Positions 23,203-32,519 of a stretch of 64,000 nt of DNA are shown piece by piece. The translations under genes and the position numbers were made by a program. Position 1 is the first letter of the stretch; each line of letters starts with the position of its first letter. The stretch comes from Desulfatiglandales bacterium (GTDB taxonomy: Bacteria > Desulfobacterota > DSM-4660 > Desulfatiglandales > Desulfatiglandaceae), in assembly GCA_963662465.1 (NCBI GenBank), contig OY759599.1:416001-480000 (forward strand), in the 5' to 3' direction. The notes below the pieces were generated by a model, which did no database searches, was not told the DNA's origin, and saw only the letters and a list, made by a program, of their open reading frames with translations.

Positions 23203-23428
23203 TTGTCTTGGCGTACCTTAACGGAGCAAAGGCTGCAAAAAAACAATTAGAACGTCATCTTAAATACTTAATCAATATTGTCATCAAATCCACGGGGGAA
23301 CGAAAACCCTTGATCCAATGCGGTTGTCTCAAAAATACTGCATCATTATAACACATAAAGTCCAAAACAAAACATCTTTTCCCCGCGACCGCTGTCGCTA
23401 TTCAATACACTGAAGAAAGATGGGCAGC

Positions 23429-23481
23429 CTGGGTTTTTTGCCTCGGATCGGCGATTTTTAGTTTACAACCACTTCTTTCTT
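23429..23481. repeat. 53-bp direct repeat, copy 2
   Basis: 49/53 identical to 22350..22402; includes the corA stop. Confidence 0.85.
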
Positions 23482-23721
23482 CTAAAGCCCAGCAGCATGA
23501 GAATGCCCAGGATCAGCATCACCAGACCCACCACAGGATATCCCCAGTGCCATTCCAGTTCAGGCATGAATTTGAAGTTCATACCGTAGACCCCGGCAAT
23601 GAAGGTCAGCGGTATAAAGATGGTGGCAATGATGGTCAGGACCTTCATCACTTCGTTCATCTTATTGCTGAGGCTCGAAAGGTAGATGTCCAGGGTACTC
23701 GATACGGTGTCTCGAAGGGTT
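23463..23721 (-). pseudogene. corA: 3' fragment of CorA Mg2+/Co2+ transporter
   Basis: MNEVMKVLT...GVYGMNF..MPEL...KKW signature; 5' part replaced by intron sequence. Confidence 0.88.
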
Positions 23722-24620
23722 GTTAACCGCCTGCGCAATACGCATTTGAAGCCTTTGGTTCATCGCGGATTAACGTGAAATCGCGCTTTGAGATTGTTTC
23801 GGTTCGGGCTGTAGGTGCGACTTTAGTCGCACAGGGTAGGCTTAATGTGCGACTAAAGTCGTACCTACAATCCGCTCAGAAGCCAAATCTCACGCGAATC
23901 CACAATGAGCCAAGCCTTTTCACGTTACTCTTAACGACATCCCAATTAATGAGTTGCCAGTTTGGAGCTTGTTGTGGAAGTGCACCCGTCACGAAGACCG
24001 TCATTTGCTATTCTCCCATCAGAAGGTTCTTCAAATTATCTCACGCATGAGCACCCGCCAAAATTCAGCTCCCTTTCGGGCCGGAGATAACTCCGTATCC
24101 CACCCATTACAGGAGGGCATTGGCTTGGTAAGGCGTCTTGCACCCGCAACACCAACGGCCTGCCTCACGGTTGGCTTGCCACAAAACTTTATGGCGATGT
24201 TACGAGCTTACCACGTTCCGCAATAAATACTGTTAACTGACTTAGGTCCACCCCCTATACCGGCGGCACAACATCCGCGCCGGGCGTACGTTCGAGACTC
24301 CCGACCTGGCCGCACACCGTTTGGTCCAAGCCTATCGGCCTCTTTGGCTTGTTGCTGTTTACGATACTGCAGGTGTTTGAATATACTGACCATATCAGTC
24401 AATCCCAGCCCTAATCCGGATGAGGTTTCCAGAGGAACAGTCCACTCACGCTTTCTGTCCTGACCTTCCAACTTCAAAGGTCCTCGGTACATTGTCGGGA
24501 GGGCTTCACACCCCGTCATCAGCGCAACGGCAGCATGCCTCCCTAGGATGTCGGTGGCGGAACACCGAGTTTCCACGATTCTTCTGTGAAAACATATATT
24601 TAAAGCAACTTCGTGTCGCA
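23722..24620 (-). mobile_element. Group II intron 1 (IIB/chloroplast-like), 3'-truncated
   Basis: 5' end (G)TGCGACACGAAG matches intron 4; RT N-terminus MTVFVTGALPQQAPNWQLINWDVVKSNVKRLQMRIAQAV from 24004 is restored when the MITE is removed; no domain V/VI. Confidence 0.8.
23757..23911. mobile_element. 155-bp MITE with internal GTAG-type REP doublet
   Basis: Imperfect TIRs GGTTCATCGCGGATT / AATCCACAATGAGCC; 8-bp TSD AAGCCTTT (23749-56, 23912-19); inner palindrome 23810-23869. Confidence 0.85.
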
Positions 24621-25432
24621 GTCGGGTAGCCGGGGGCTGTTACCAGCCCCAAGCCCCAAAGAACCGTACTTGAGACTTTCACCTCATACGGCTCAAGCCT
24701 CTCAAAGGCCGACCCTGATGGGGCCACCCGCTGATTATAAAAAAAAAGTAACCAACTTTGCGATACTAACCGGCTGCCACTTACCGCAGTGGCGGGTGCA
24801 CCAGTCGACCAAAAGGCCACCGTCATTTGCTTTCCCGCCTTGGGTGGTTCGGCCGGGCTTCTCGCAAAGAGAGACCCGTCGGACGTCTGCTCGCTTTCGC
24901 GCCGGGCAAAGTTTGAGCCCGTATCCGTTTCATTACAAAACGGCATTCGCTTCTTCCGACATCCTACACCCGCATACCCATCGGATACCCTTGCGGGCAA
25001 CCTACCCAAAAGGGAGGTATACGGGGTTATCATGTTCCGCGTAAGTACCCGAGCAGGTTAGGTTCCGCCCCTACGCCGGTGGCACGACATCAGCGACGGA
25101 GGAGTTAGCAGCCTCCGTTCCTGGCCACGTACCTTTTGGTCCAAGCCTTTCAGCATCTTAGGCTTTTTCTCGTGACGACGCTGCAGCGATTCACATGTGT
25201 TAACCGTACTGCTCAATTCTAGCTCCCTTACCGCATGATGCTTGCAGAGTTGAGGTCCCCTCACGGTTCCCTCTTCCGGAAAATTCCGCGGGCTTCATTG
25301 TCCCGAGAGCTTCACACCCCTGGATTACTCCGGACGCATGTCCCGGTAGAATACCTGTTGCAGAAAACAGGGTTTTGTTATATGGTTTATATCAATATCT
25401 AAAACAGCTACTTACGCGACATCACGTCGCAC
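24621..25432 (-). mobile_element. Group II intron 2, ORF-less (812 nt), IIB-like
   Basis: 5' GTGCGACG; domain V GAGCCGTATGAGGTGAAAGTCTCAAGTACGGTTC (24694-24661); domain VI ending CTACCCGAC; only a residual MTVAFWSTGA start at 24826. Confidence 0.88.
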
Positions 25433-25519
25433 CCGAACGACAAGCTCACCAGCGCCTCCTCCGACCCCCGCTGGAACCGCGGAAAAGTATCAGGCGTCTG
25501 GTGCAGCGTTTGGTTATTT
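25433..25519 (-). other. attC site A
   Basis: R'' AAATAAC, 5-bp spacer, L'' GCTGCACC ... L' GGTGAGC, 5-bp spacer, R' GTTCGG followed by intron 2. Confidence 0.88.
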
Positions 25520-25676
25520 CCCTTACTTAATCACTCTTCCATGCATATTATTATGGGTTAGTATTGCCTCTTTGTCGGCATGAGATTCGTGGAAAGCACT
25601 GATGGGAAGAGGGAAGATATTCCGTTTGGACTGTGCATCACAACCCAGTGTTTGGAAAAGCAGTAAGACCCAACAG

Positions 25677-25904
25677 CTATATATTTGTAAGTTCCGGAAT
25701 ATGTTCATCTTCGTACTTTTCAATAAGTACGCCAATAACTTCCATCAAAGAGGCTAACGGGTGATTTTCATTTTCCCCAACTGTGTCAATCAGGCTATCT
25801 AATACTGCAACAAGGCGCTTATAATCATTCTCCGCATGGGGAACAAACACTAAAGTAGCCAATTCTGGCCAAGTTTTTTGGACGTTTTGCACTTCTGCTA
25901 ACAT
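25677..25904 (-). CDS. higA: Short HigA-like antitoxin (no C-terminal HTH visible)
   Basis: Directly downstream of higB; E.DY..L...LD.L.D...HPL..L...IG.LI..YE pattern. Confidence 0.65.
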   Translation of the reverse strand: MLAEVQNVQKTWPELATLVFVPHAENDYKRLVAVLDSLIDTVGENENHPLASLMEVIGVLIEKYEDEHIPELTNI

Positions 25905-25907
25905 TGG

Positions 25908-26195
25908 TTACTCCTTCCATCTGCCTTCATCATATTCGGCGTGAGTTAAAATTTCGCGGATATACACTTTCTGACGATTGTAGTGTATAGCGGCAACCAA
26001 GCGTGCCTTATTCCCACCAATGTTGAAAACGGTCAATTTGCCAACTTGATCAGCGTGTGGAAAATCATTGCGCAATTCTACAAAAGAACAGAAACTGGCC
26101 TTCTTCATCATTCTATACCAGTTTTGGAGTGATGTTTTTGAATTAGGATGTTTTTCGGCAAACTCATTTAACCGTTTTCTCGTGATGATATGCAT
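25908..26195 (-). CDS. higB: HigB-family mRNA interferase toxin
   Basis: MHIITRKRL...VFNIGGNKARL...ILTHAEYD. Confidence 0.88.
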   Translation of the reverse strand: MHIITRKRLNEFAEKHPNSKTSLQNWYRMMKKASFCSFVELRNDFPHADQVGKLTVFNIGGNKARLVAAIHYNRQKVYIREILTHAEYDEGRWKE

Positions 26196-26300
26196 TTGAT
26201 ATTCTGAGCCTTCCCCAAATTACCATAAGGAGTTTCGCGCTTTTCGTAAGGCCGCTAGAGCGGTCCCATTTGAGGTTATGTAAAAATATTGTGGTTCTAC

Positions 26301-27236
26301 CTATGTTTTAAAAATCTCAAGAAATGCTATCTTCCTATTTTCTTCAATGAATACGCACTTTCTTGAAATGCTATCGTTTACATTAGCCGCAAGTTTTTCC
26401 ATTTCAGTGGCATCTCTGTAAATGAGTTTCCAACCCATGTAGGTCTCCATGTATCCAACATCTTTTATATCAGGCACAAAGTTCCCTATCAAAATGCGTC
26501 CCCCAGGTTTCAGCATTCCGAACATGGCATCCGTTATTATTGTTCCTACGAGATGCGGGAGGTAATCAAACAAACCAAGCGCATAGACCAAATCAAATTT
26601 TCCCAGTTGGAGTTCGTTCTTTATTAGCTGTTTGATAGTTCCATGTATGCAATTGATATTATCACAATCTCCGAATCTTTTTTCGACAAACTGAAGGCTT
26701 TTTGGATCTTGATCAAAGGCAACATATCTGCCTATACGGTTAGATTTCAAAGCTTCCACATAGTTAGCCTCATTCAGATGGCCAGAGGCAATCGACAAAA
26801 TGTCAGGCGATCGGACCGAATCAGCAATTTCATCAATTATTCTGGCAATAAGGTTTCGACGCTCTCTTACTGCGCATGGAGCCGGGGCTGAGCTCGTATA
26901 TTTGTAAATATTTTTTCCGACTTTCGAAGCATCGCCTACTGTTTTCGATACTGAGTCATCCCGGTAGATAAAGTCTATGAGAACCGCATCACCGGGATAC
27001 CCTCTTGGTTTTGAAAACGCTCTTGATGAAAAAGGGTCTTGGTGAACTATTTCTCGCAATGGATGCTCAATACATTTTTGCGAAAAATATTGCCATTCCG
27101 TATTATCCATAGATATACGAAAATCTTTCAGACCGCAAACAAGTTCCTCCATAGTTTCATGGACATCATCTGATTTGTCAATTTTTGAAAAAATGGAATC
27201 TAAAAATGCTTCTGCTTCCTCATGCTTCTTTTCCAT
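26301..27236 (-). CDS. Class I SAM-dependent methyltransferase (cassette gene)
   Basis: KPRGYPGD, ILSIASG, FDLVYALGLFDYL, LKPGG motifs; low GC. Confidence 0.8.
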   Translation of the reverse strand: MEKKHEEAEAFLDSIFSKIDKSDDVHETMEELVCGLKDFRISMDNTEWQYFSQKCIEHPLREIVHQDPFSSRAFSKPRGYPGDAVLIDFIYRDDSVSKTVGDASKVGKNIYKYTSSAPAPCAVRERRNLIARIIDEIADSVRSPDILSIASGHLNEANYVEALKSNRIGRYVAFDQDPKSLQFVEKRFGDCDNINCIHGTIKQLIKNELQLGKFDLVYALGLFDYLPHLVGTIITDAMFGMLKPGGRILIGNFVPDIKDVGYMETYMGWKLIYRDATEMEKLAANVNDSISRKCVFIEENRKIAFLEIFKT

Positions 27237-27279
27237 AACCCGACGCTCCTTCGCTTAAACGTTATCGTTGACTATGCAA

Positions 27280-27328
27280 AAATAACTAGAAGATCACCGG
27301 CTTTGTCCGCGTGGATCTTCGGGTTGTT
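27280..27328 (-). other. attC site B (short; R'' end interrupted by class C intron)
   Basis: Plus-strand hairpin AAC-TAGAA-GATCACC...CGTGGATC-TTCGG-GTT; R' GTTATTT is the complement of R'' of site A. Confidence 0.75.
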
Positions 27329-29451
27329 GTGTGCCGGGCACGGCACGTGTTCTTAAGGGTGCGCGCAATGTACCATGATTCCGATATTTTACGCAAGTCC
27401 CAGACCCAGCCAGGTAGTGGCGAAGGGTGTAGCGGTATCACAACCGGGTACCCGGTAACGGGCCTGGAGAGGCAGTGGCCTTGCCGCGGCAGGGCACCGC
27501 AAACGCACGGGGCGACGAACAGAAATCGAGTGAGGCGGGTCTGGTGGGACGAGTTCGCAACACAGAACAAAGTCCTCTAACTACTATAGGCCAGGCACGT
27601 TGTCGGCGCTCGTGTGCGGAAAGACACGTGTTTACCCCGGGAGGCCCGTTGCGTCTCGTAGGGAACTGCAACTGAAATCTACCGGAATATAAGGGAAAAC
27701 CGGTAAAACAAAACCCTGGCGTCAGGAACATTTCGAGTCATAGCCCTGACGAGCCCGGCCTATTGGTCGGGAAACACAAACAAATGGACTCGACAGATTG
27801 CGGAAACTACGAGTGAGCGAACCGTAAGGGGAGCCCACCGCGTAACGGGAGTCAGCAGAGGGCATATTAAGCCGGAGAAACGAGCCCTGAATAAAGGGAG
27901 GCCTCACTCCGGTGAAGGCCCGAACGGTCCCACCTGCCGAATGGCAGGGGTAAATGAAAGGGTTAATAAGGAGACGTTTCTAATGAATCCATTGCAGCAG
28001 TTGAAACAGCTTGAGCTGAACTTGGAATTCCCTGACACATTTGTGTCGCGGAATACAGGTTCTGAAGAATTCATTGCGTCACGGCTATCAGAAAGCCCGA
28101 CAGGTCAAATTCGGTTCATGGAGTCAATCCTTGAGCGGAACAACATGAGATGCGCTGTCAAGCGTGTAATCAAGAACAAGGGCGCCCCTGGGGTGGACGG
28201 AATGACCGTCCGCAAAATAGAAAAGTATCTGGAATGCCACAGGGACAAAATTGAGCAGGCATTGCTTGAGGGAAACTTCAAGCCTATGCCGGTACGGCGG
28301 AAAGAGATCAATAAGCCGGGAGGCGGAGTTCGCCTTTTGGGCATTCCGACCGTGTTGGATCGCGTGATTCAGCAGGCCATAGCTCAAGTCTTAACCGCAA
28401 TCTGGGATCATACCTTCTCGGAAACGAGCTACGGGTTCCGGCCAAACCGTTCACAACATGACGCTATGCGTCAATACTGTGAGTATGTAAGGCAGGGATA
28501 CCGGTATGCTTTAGATATTGATCTATCCAAATTTTTTGACCGAGTTAACCATGATAGACTTATGGCTCGCTTGGCCACCCGGATCAATGACAAGCGTGTA
28601 TTGAAACTCATTCGTAGTTTCCTTACTGCGGGCGTCATGATTGGCGGTCTTGAGCAGGCAACACAAGAGGGTACCCCGCAAGGCCCACTTTCTCCACTGC
28701 TCAGTAATATAGTCCTTGACGAACTTGATAAAGAGCTTGAAAAGCGTGGCCTTCGCTTTGTCCGTTACGCTGACGACTGTGTCATATTTGTCAGAAGTAA
28801 AACGGCGGCGAATCGAGTAATGCAAAGCATTAGCCGCTTTATCGTAAAGAAACTGCGACTAAAGGTGAACCGGGACAGGAAAGCGAAGACTCCGAAAGCG
28901 CCATTCGTCGTCCATGGGAAAGCAATGTAGGATTAGGCGTGACAAACTCACGCAAGAAACCGAAAATTCGCATTCACTGGAAAACAATTAAGCGGTTCAA
29001 AGAGCGGGTTCGTGAAATCACGGCCCGTCGCTGTGGGCGCAGTCTTAAACAGGTAATTGGCGAACTAAAGGTGTTCATGAACGGATGGTGGAACTATTAT
29101 GGTATTACCGAATCGTTCAACCGGCTCCGCCCTTTAGACCATTGGGTCAGACGACGCCTTCGGGCGCTTGTTTGGAAACATTGGAAGAACCGCCGAACCC
29201 GTGTAGAGAACTCCTGAAACGGGGTGTCCACCGCAACTTCGCGGTTACAACCGGGTGCGCTAGGAAAGGCCCCTGGAGGATGAGCAAAGTCAAATGGGTT
29301 CAAATTGCTTTACCGGATGCCTACTTTAAATCTCTCGGTCTTGTATTTCCCTGGATTTGATTCCTGCCTTGATCAGCCGAATCGCCGTATACGGACCCGT
29401 ATGTACGGTGGTGTGGGAGGGGGGAGCTGTGAGGCTCCTCCCTATCCCTAT
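27329..29451 (+). mobile_element. Group II intron 3, class C (IIC), antisense to the cassette array
   Basis: 5' GTGTGCCGGGCACGGCAC; short domain V with CGC triad (29381-29412); 3' end CCTATCCCTAT. Confidence 0.85.
27941..29360 (+). pseudogene. ltrA: Group II intron RT/maturase, frameshifted into three pieces
   Basis: NKGAPGVDG, SYGFRP and YADD present; QGGP reduced to QGP; small insertion near 28875 and frameshift near 29210. Confidence 0.85.
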
Positions 29452-29460
29452 ATATTTTTT

Positions 29461-29874
29461 TTATTTTAAGATGACAAATTCTTTAATGAACGTTTCTGCT
29501 TTGATCACTCTGACTTTTGGAAACCTGACATTTTTCAAAATATTATAATGTTTGTCATTTGTAATCAGAAAGTCGGCGCCGCCGCAAACAGCACAGTCAA
29601 CAAATTTTTGATCGTCTTCGTTGGCAACGGGAAGGCGAAAGCTAAAAGTTGGATTGACGAAGACCACGTTTTCGGAAGTAAGGACAAAGAGCCAGAACTG
29701 CTCCAGCAGCTCATTCGGAAAGACTCTCTGTAAAATCTCCTCGTATTCAAGCAGAACGGATGTTGAGACCAGCAGTCTGTATTTTCCCGAATATATGCCT
29801 CTGAGAATGGGATGATAGTAACTCTTGGGGTTGAATCCGGAGAAAAATATGTTTGTGTCAATAACGAGTCTCAT
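29461..29874 (-). CDS. PIN-domain (VapC-like) toxin
   Basis: VIDTN, EYEE, DDQKFVDCA, ITND. Confidence 0.88.
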   Translation of the reverse strand: MRLVIDTNIFFSGFNPKSYYHPILRGIYSGKYRLLVSTSVLLEYEEILQRVFPNELLEQFWLFVLTSENVVFVNPTFSFRLPVANEDDQKFVDCAVCGGADFLITNDKHYNILKNVRFPKVRVIKAETFIKEFVILK

Positions 29875-30125
29875 TTTTTCTTTTCATTCCTGAATGTTTC
29901 AACAATTTCAAAAAAATCCTCTTCGCTCCATCTGTTTTTTTCAAAGGTTCCGGCAATTCCTTTCGACAAGTTTTCAAAGGCAGCCTTATTTATCAGTTTT
30001 TTTATGTCAATCGAATATGCTCTGGTCTTTAGCTCGTGAATTATTTGAATGGTGTCTATCTCATCTTTCTGAAAACCAATTTCTCCTAGTTTGCTGCAAA
30101 TTTCAGGTGTAATTGTTTCGAGCAT
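29871..30125 (-). CDS. Putative antitoxin partner of the PIN toxin
   Basis: 84 aa, 4-bp overlap upstream of the toxin; no family motif recognised. Confidence 0.6.
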   Translation of the reverse strand: MLETITPEICSKLGEIGFQKDEIDTIQIIHELKTRAYSIDIKKLINKAAFENLSKGIAGTFEKNRWSEEDFFEIVETFRNEKKK

Positions 30126-30166
30126 CTGTTTTTCCTTTCTTTAAAAAACCGCGATATGTGAGAAAA

Positions 30167-30252
30167 ATATAACGACAAGCTCACCAGCGCCTCCTCCGGC
30201 CCCCGCTGGAATCGCCCAAGTATCAGGCGTCTGGTGGAGCGTTTGGTTGGCA
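30167..30252 (-). other. attC site C
   Basis: R'' TGCCAAC, L'' GCTCCACC, L' GGTGAGC, R' GTTATAT; internal sequence near-identical to A and E. Confidence 0.9.
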
Positions 30253-30309
30253 AAACGGTGGTCGTTTCAGGATGCACGATTTTCGCTGTGTTCGAAAGGT
30301 CATTCTTGA

Positions 30310-30540
30310 TCATTTTTGGTTTGCCACGAAATGTTTGTCAAGTTGATCTAAGATTGCTAACCCCTTTTTGCGGTTGCCTTCGGCCGCGCGCTTGCGAAAT
30401 CGCATCTCGGCACTATGTCCGCGCAGTAGAGAAGAAGAAATTTCCTCATATAGCTTGTTAAGGCTCATTTTACGTTGTGCTGCCACAACCTTTATTCCTT
30501 GATGAATCTCATCGGGTAGTCGTAGAGTTATTGTTCCCAT
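30310..30540 (-). CDS. Ribbon-helix-helix / HicB-like antitoxin
   Basis: TITLRLPDEIH...MSLNKL; overlaps PIN gene. Confidence 0.75.
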   Translation of the reverse strand: MGTITLRLPDEIHQGIKVVAAQRKMSLNKLYEEISSSLLRGHSAEMRFRKRAAEGNRKKGLAILDQLDKHFVANQK

Positions 30541-30965
30541 TTTGCAAACTCCTTTAAAAATAATTCTGGGGTGATAATTCGGAAATTGTCAAAATGCAAT
30601 TCGCCACTTGTCAAATCTCGAATATTTCGCGTGATAATCAGCGCCGCCTGCCCGGCAACGGCCAGTTCAATTAAGTGGTTGTCGGCTTCATCTCTTAAAT
30701 TTGGTCGCCAACGGTAATAAATGTTGATCCATTGGCAACAGTTCAGAAATGCATTCAGCAAATTTTCTCGCTCTCTGGCCGAAATTGGACATTTCAAAAA
30801 AAGGGCATCCCGAGCAAGGATATCCTCGTATTCATAAAATAATGCCTCGCTCATCAAAGCCTGAAATTTTCCTCCCAGAACCAGTCTCAAAATGGAACGA
30901 CAAGTCTTAGCAGGCTGCAAAACCGCTGCGAGAAATATGTTGGTATCAACAATAATTCGAGTCAT
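30528..30965 (-). CDS. PIN-domain toxin
   Basis: IVDTN, EYED, WRPNLRDEADNHLIELAVAG, TRN. Confidence 0.88.
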   Translation of the reverse strand: MTRIIVDTNIFLAAVLQPAKTCRSILRLVLGGKFQALMSEALFYEYEDILARDALFLKCPISARERENLLNAFLNCCQWINIYYRWRPNLRDEADNHLIELAVAGQAALIITRNIRDLTSGELHFDNFRIITPELFLKEFAKWEQ

Positions 30966-31840
30966 TATGTCATAAATTTCTCAAAATATGCAAGATCGAC
31001 ATCATATACAGTTCTTTTTGTTACCCCAAGTTCGACGCGTTGGAACATCTCAACAAGTTTAACGCCATCGACGAGTTCGACTTGTGGTGCCCCATCCCGG
31101 TTGGCTTCCTGAATCGCGGCATTGGTGAATGAAGACGTTGTAATGATAATGCCTTTTTCAGCTCTGCCAATCATTGCGTTCCTGAAATCACCAACTTGGG
31201 CACGTGAAACCAGATTGCCTTCTGCATATCTTTTGCATTGAAAAAGAACTTTGAAACTGACAAATGGATTTATTTCAAGAGTACCGTGGCCATCAATCCC
31301 GCCATCGGCCGACCCTCCGGTCACCTCAACATTTCCAAATCCGGATTCTCGCAAAAGTTCACGGCAAACTTTCTCAAAGCCAACAGGACTCAAGGAACGT
31401 AATGTGGTGATGAGGTCTGGTTTATCTTCGGAAATCAAGTCTTCAGGGGAGCTGTCTTCTTGTTCGGTTGCGTCAAGATTTTCTGACTGCCGTTGCTTTC
31501 TGTTCTGAGCATGAATAGCGACCCACTTCAAGAAAATCTCACGAGCTTCAGTTTCAGAAATCTGAGCATGTCTCCCTTTTTCTGTGAGCTTCCACGTGCC
31601 GTACTTTGAAGAATCCAGCAAGCCTTCCCAAACAAGATACTGCCTGGCCCATGCAACTTGATTGTGAAACTTGCTGCCTCCTGACTTCAATGTTTCGTCA
31701 AGAATTTCATCGGGTAAATTTAGACTATTGGCAATACGAGCGGACACTTCGCGAGGACGGCCCGAATCACCGAGATCACGGAGCGCATCGAGTAACGGAC
31801 CGAACCATTTGACAAATTCTGCTTTTGATTTTTTTGCCAT
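30965..31840 (-). CDS. mrr: Mrr-family (type IV) restriction endonuclease
   Basis: N-terminal winged helix (NQVAWARQYL...G.W.LT); DGGIDG...QCKRY catalytic motif; ITTSSFT. Confidence 0.88.
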   Translation of the reverse strand: MAKKSKAEFVKWFGPLLDALRDLGDSGRPREVSARIANSLNLPDEILDETLKSGGSKFHNQVAWARQYLVWEGLLDSSKYGTWKLTEKGRHAQISETEAREIFLKWVAIHAQNRKQRQSENLDATEQEDSSPEDLISEDKPDLITTLRSLSPVGFEKVCRELLRESGFGNVEVTGGSADGGIDGHGTLEINPFVSFKVLFQCKRYAEGNLVSRAQVGDFRNAMIGRAEKGIIITTSSFTNAAIQEANRDGAPQVELVDGVKLVEMFQRVELGVTKRTVYDVDLAYFEKFMT

Positions 31841-31857
31841 CTTCTGTTTCTCTGATT

Positions 31858-31940
31858 TGCCAACTAGAAGATCACCGGCTTGTCCGGCCCCCGCCGGGAC
31901 CGCCCAAGTATCAGGCGTCTGGTGAAGCGCTCGGTTGTGC
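31858..31940 (-). other. attC site D (hybrid of B-type and A/C/E-type arms)
   Basis: R'' GCACAAC, L'' GCTTCACC, L' GGTGATC, R' GTTGGCA (complement of R'' of site C). Confidence 0.85.
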
Positions 31941-31996
31941 CGTCGATGTTCATTACTTGTACGAACTCTAAGCCGCTAATTTTTATTGGGGTTTCA

Positions 31997-32278
31997 TTAT
32001 CTCTCTCGTGCCTTTTCATAAACAGCACCCTTTTCTCTTTTTCCAACGGCAACTACGAGGATGAATAACTCTTTATCAATGACCTCATACACAAGTCGGT
32101 AGCCACTGGCTCTAAGTTTGAGCTTGTAATGATTATCAAAACCGGAAAGTTTGCAGGAGAGTACGTGAGGAGCTTCCAAACGCTCTTTCAGTTTCTTCCT
32201 GAATTGCGTTCGAATAGAATTGTCCAGCTTCTTCCATTCTTTCAAAGCAGTAGGGAGGAACTTGAGTTTATAGCTCAT
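31997..32278 (-). CDS. RelE/StbE-family toxin
   Basis: MSYKLKFLPTALKEWKKLD...YKLKLRASGYRLVY...VGKRE. Confidence 0.9.
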   Translation of the reverse strand: MSYKLKFLPTALKEWKKLDNSIRTQFRKKLKERLEAPHVLSCKLSGFDNHYKLKLRASGYRLVYEVIDKELFILVVAVGKREKGAVYEKARER

Positions 32279-32519
32279 CGATATCAACCTCGATGGCCTG
32301 TTCTTTCTCATTTTGACGCTCTTTCACGATCAAGCCAAGCTCAAAATCCTCCAACCTATCAAGTATCTGTTGATAAGTGTCAGCTGGTATCAAGTAGGCG
32401 GTTGGTTTGTTGTGGTTTAAGATGGCAATCGGTTCCCCGTCTGATGCATCAATCAAAGCTGACGGATTTTTTTTCATCTCAGAAATGCTTGCTGAACAGT
32501 TGGCTAATACGGCTTCCAT
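32268..32519 (-). CDS. Phd/YefM (StbD-like) antitoxin
   Basis: ASISEMKKNP...AILNHNKPTAYL; overlaps toxin. Confidence 0.9.
   Translation of the reverse strand: MEAVLANCSASISEMKKNPSALIDASDGEPIAILNHNKPTAYLIPADTYQQILDRLEDFELGLIVKERQNEKEQAIEVDIDEL

Noticed and set aside
24208..25264. Short ORFs in 24.2-25.3 kb, also 37246..37770 and 41892..42350
   Set aside because: They overlap structured intron RNA and are not credible proteins.
26225..26285. Additional functional attC between the methyltransferase and higB
   Set aside because: Only an R''-like ACATAAC; no matching L boxes or GTT. At most a remnant.
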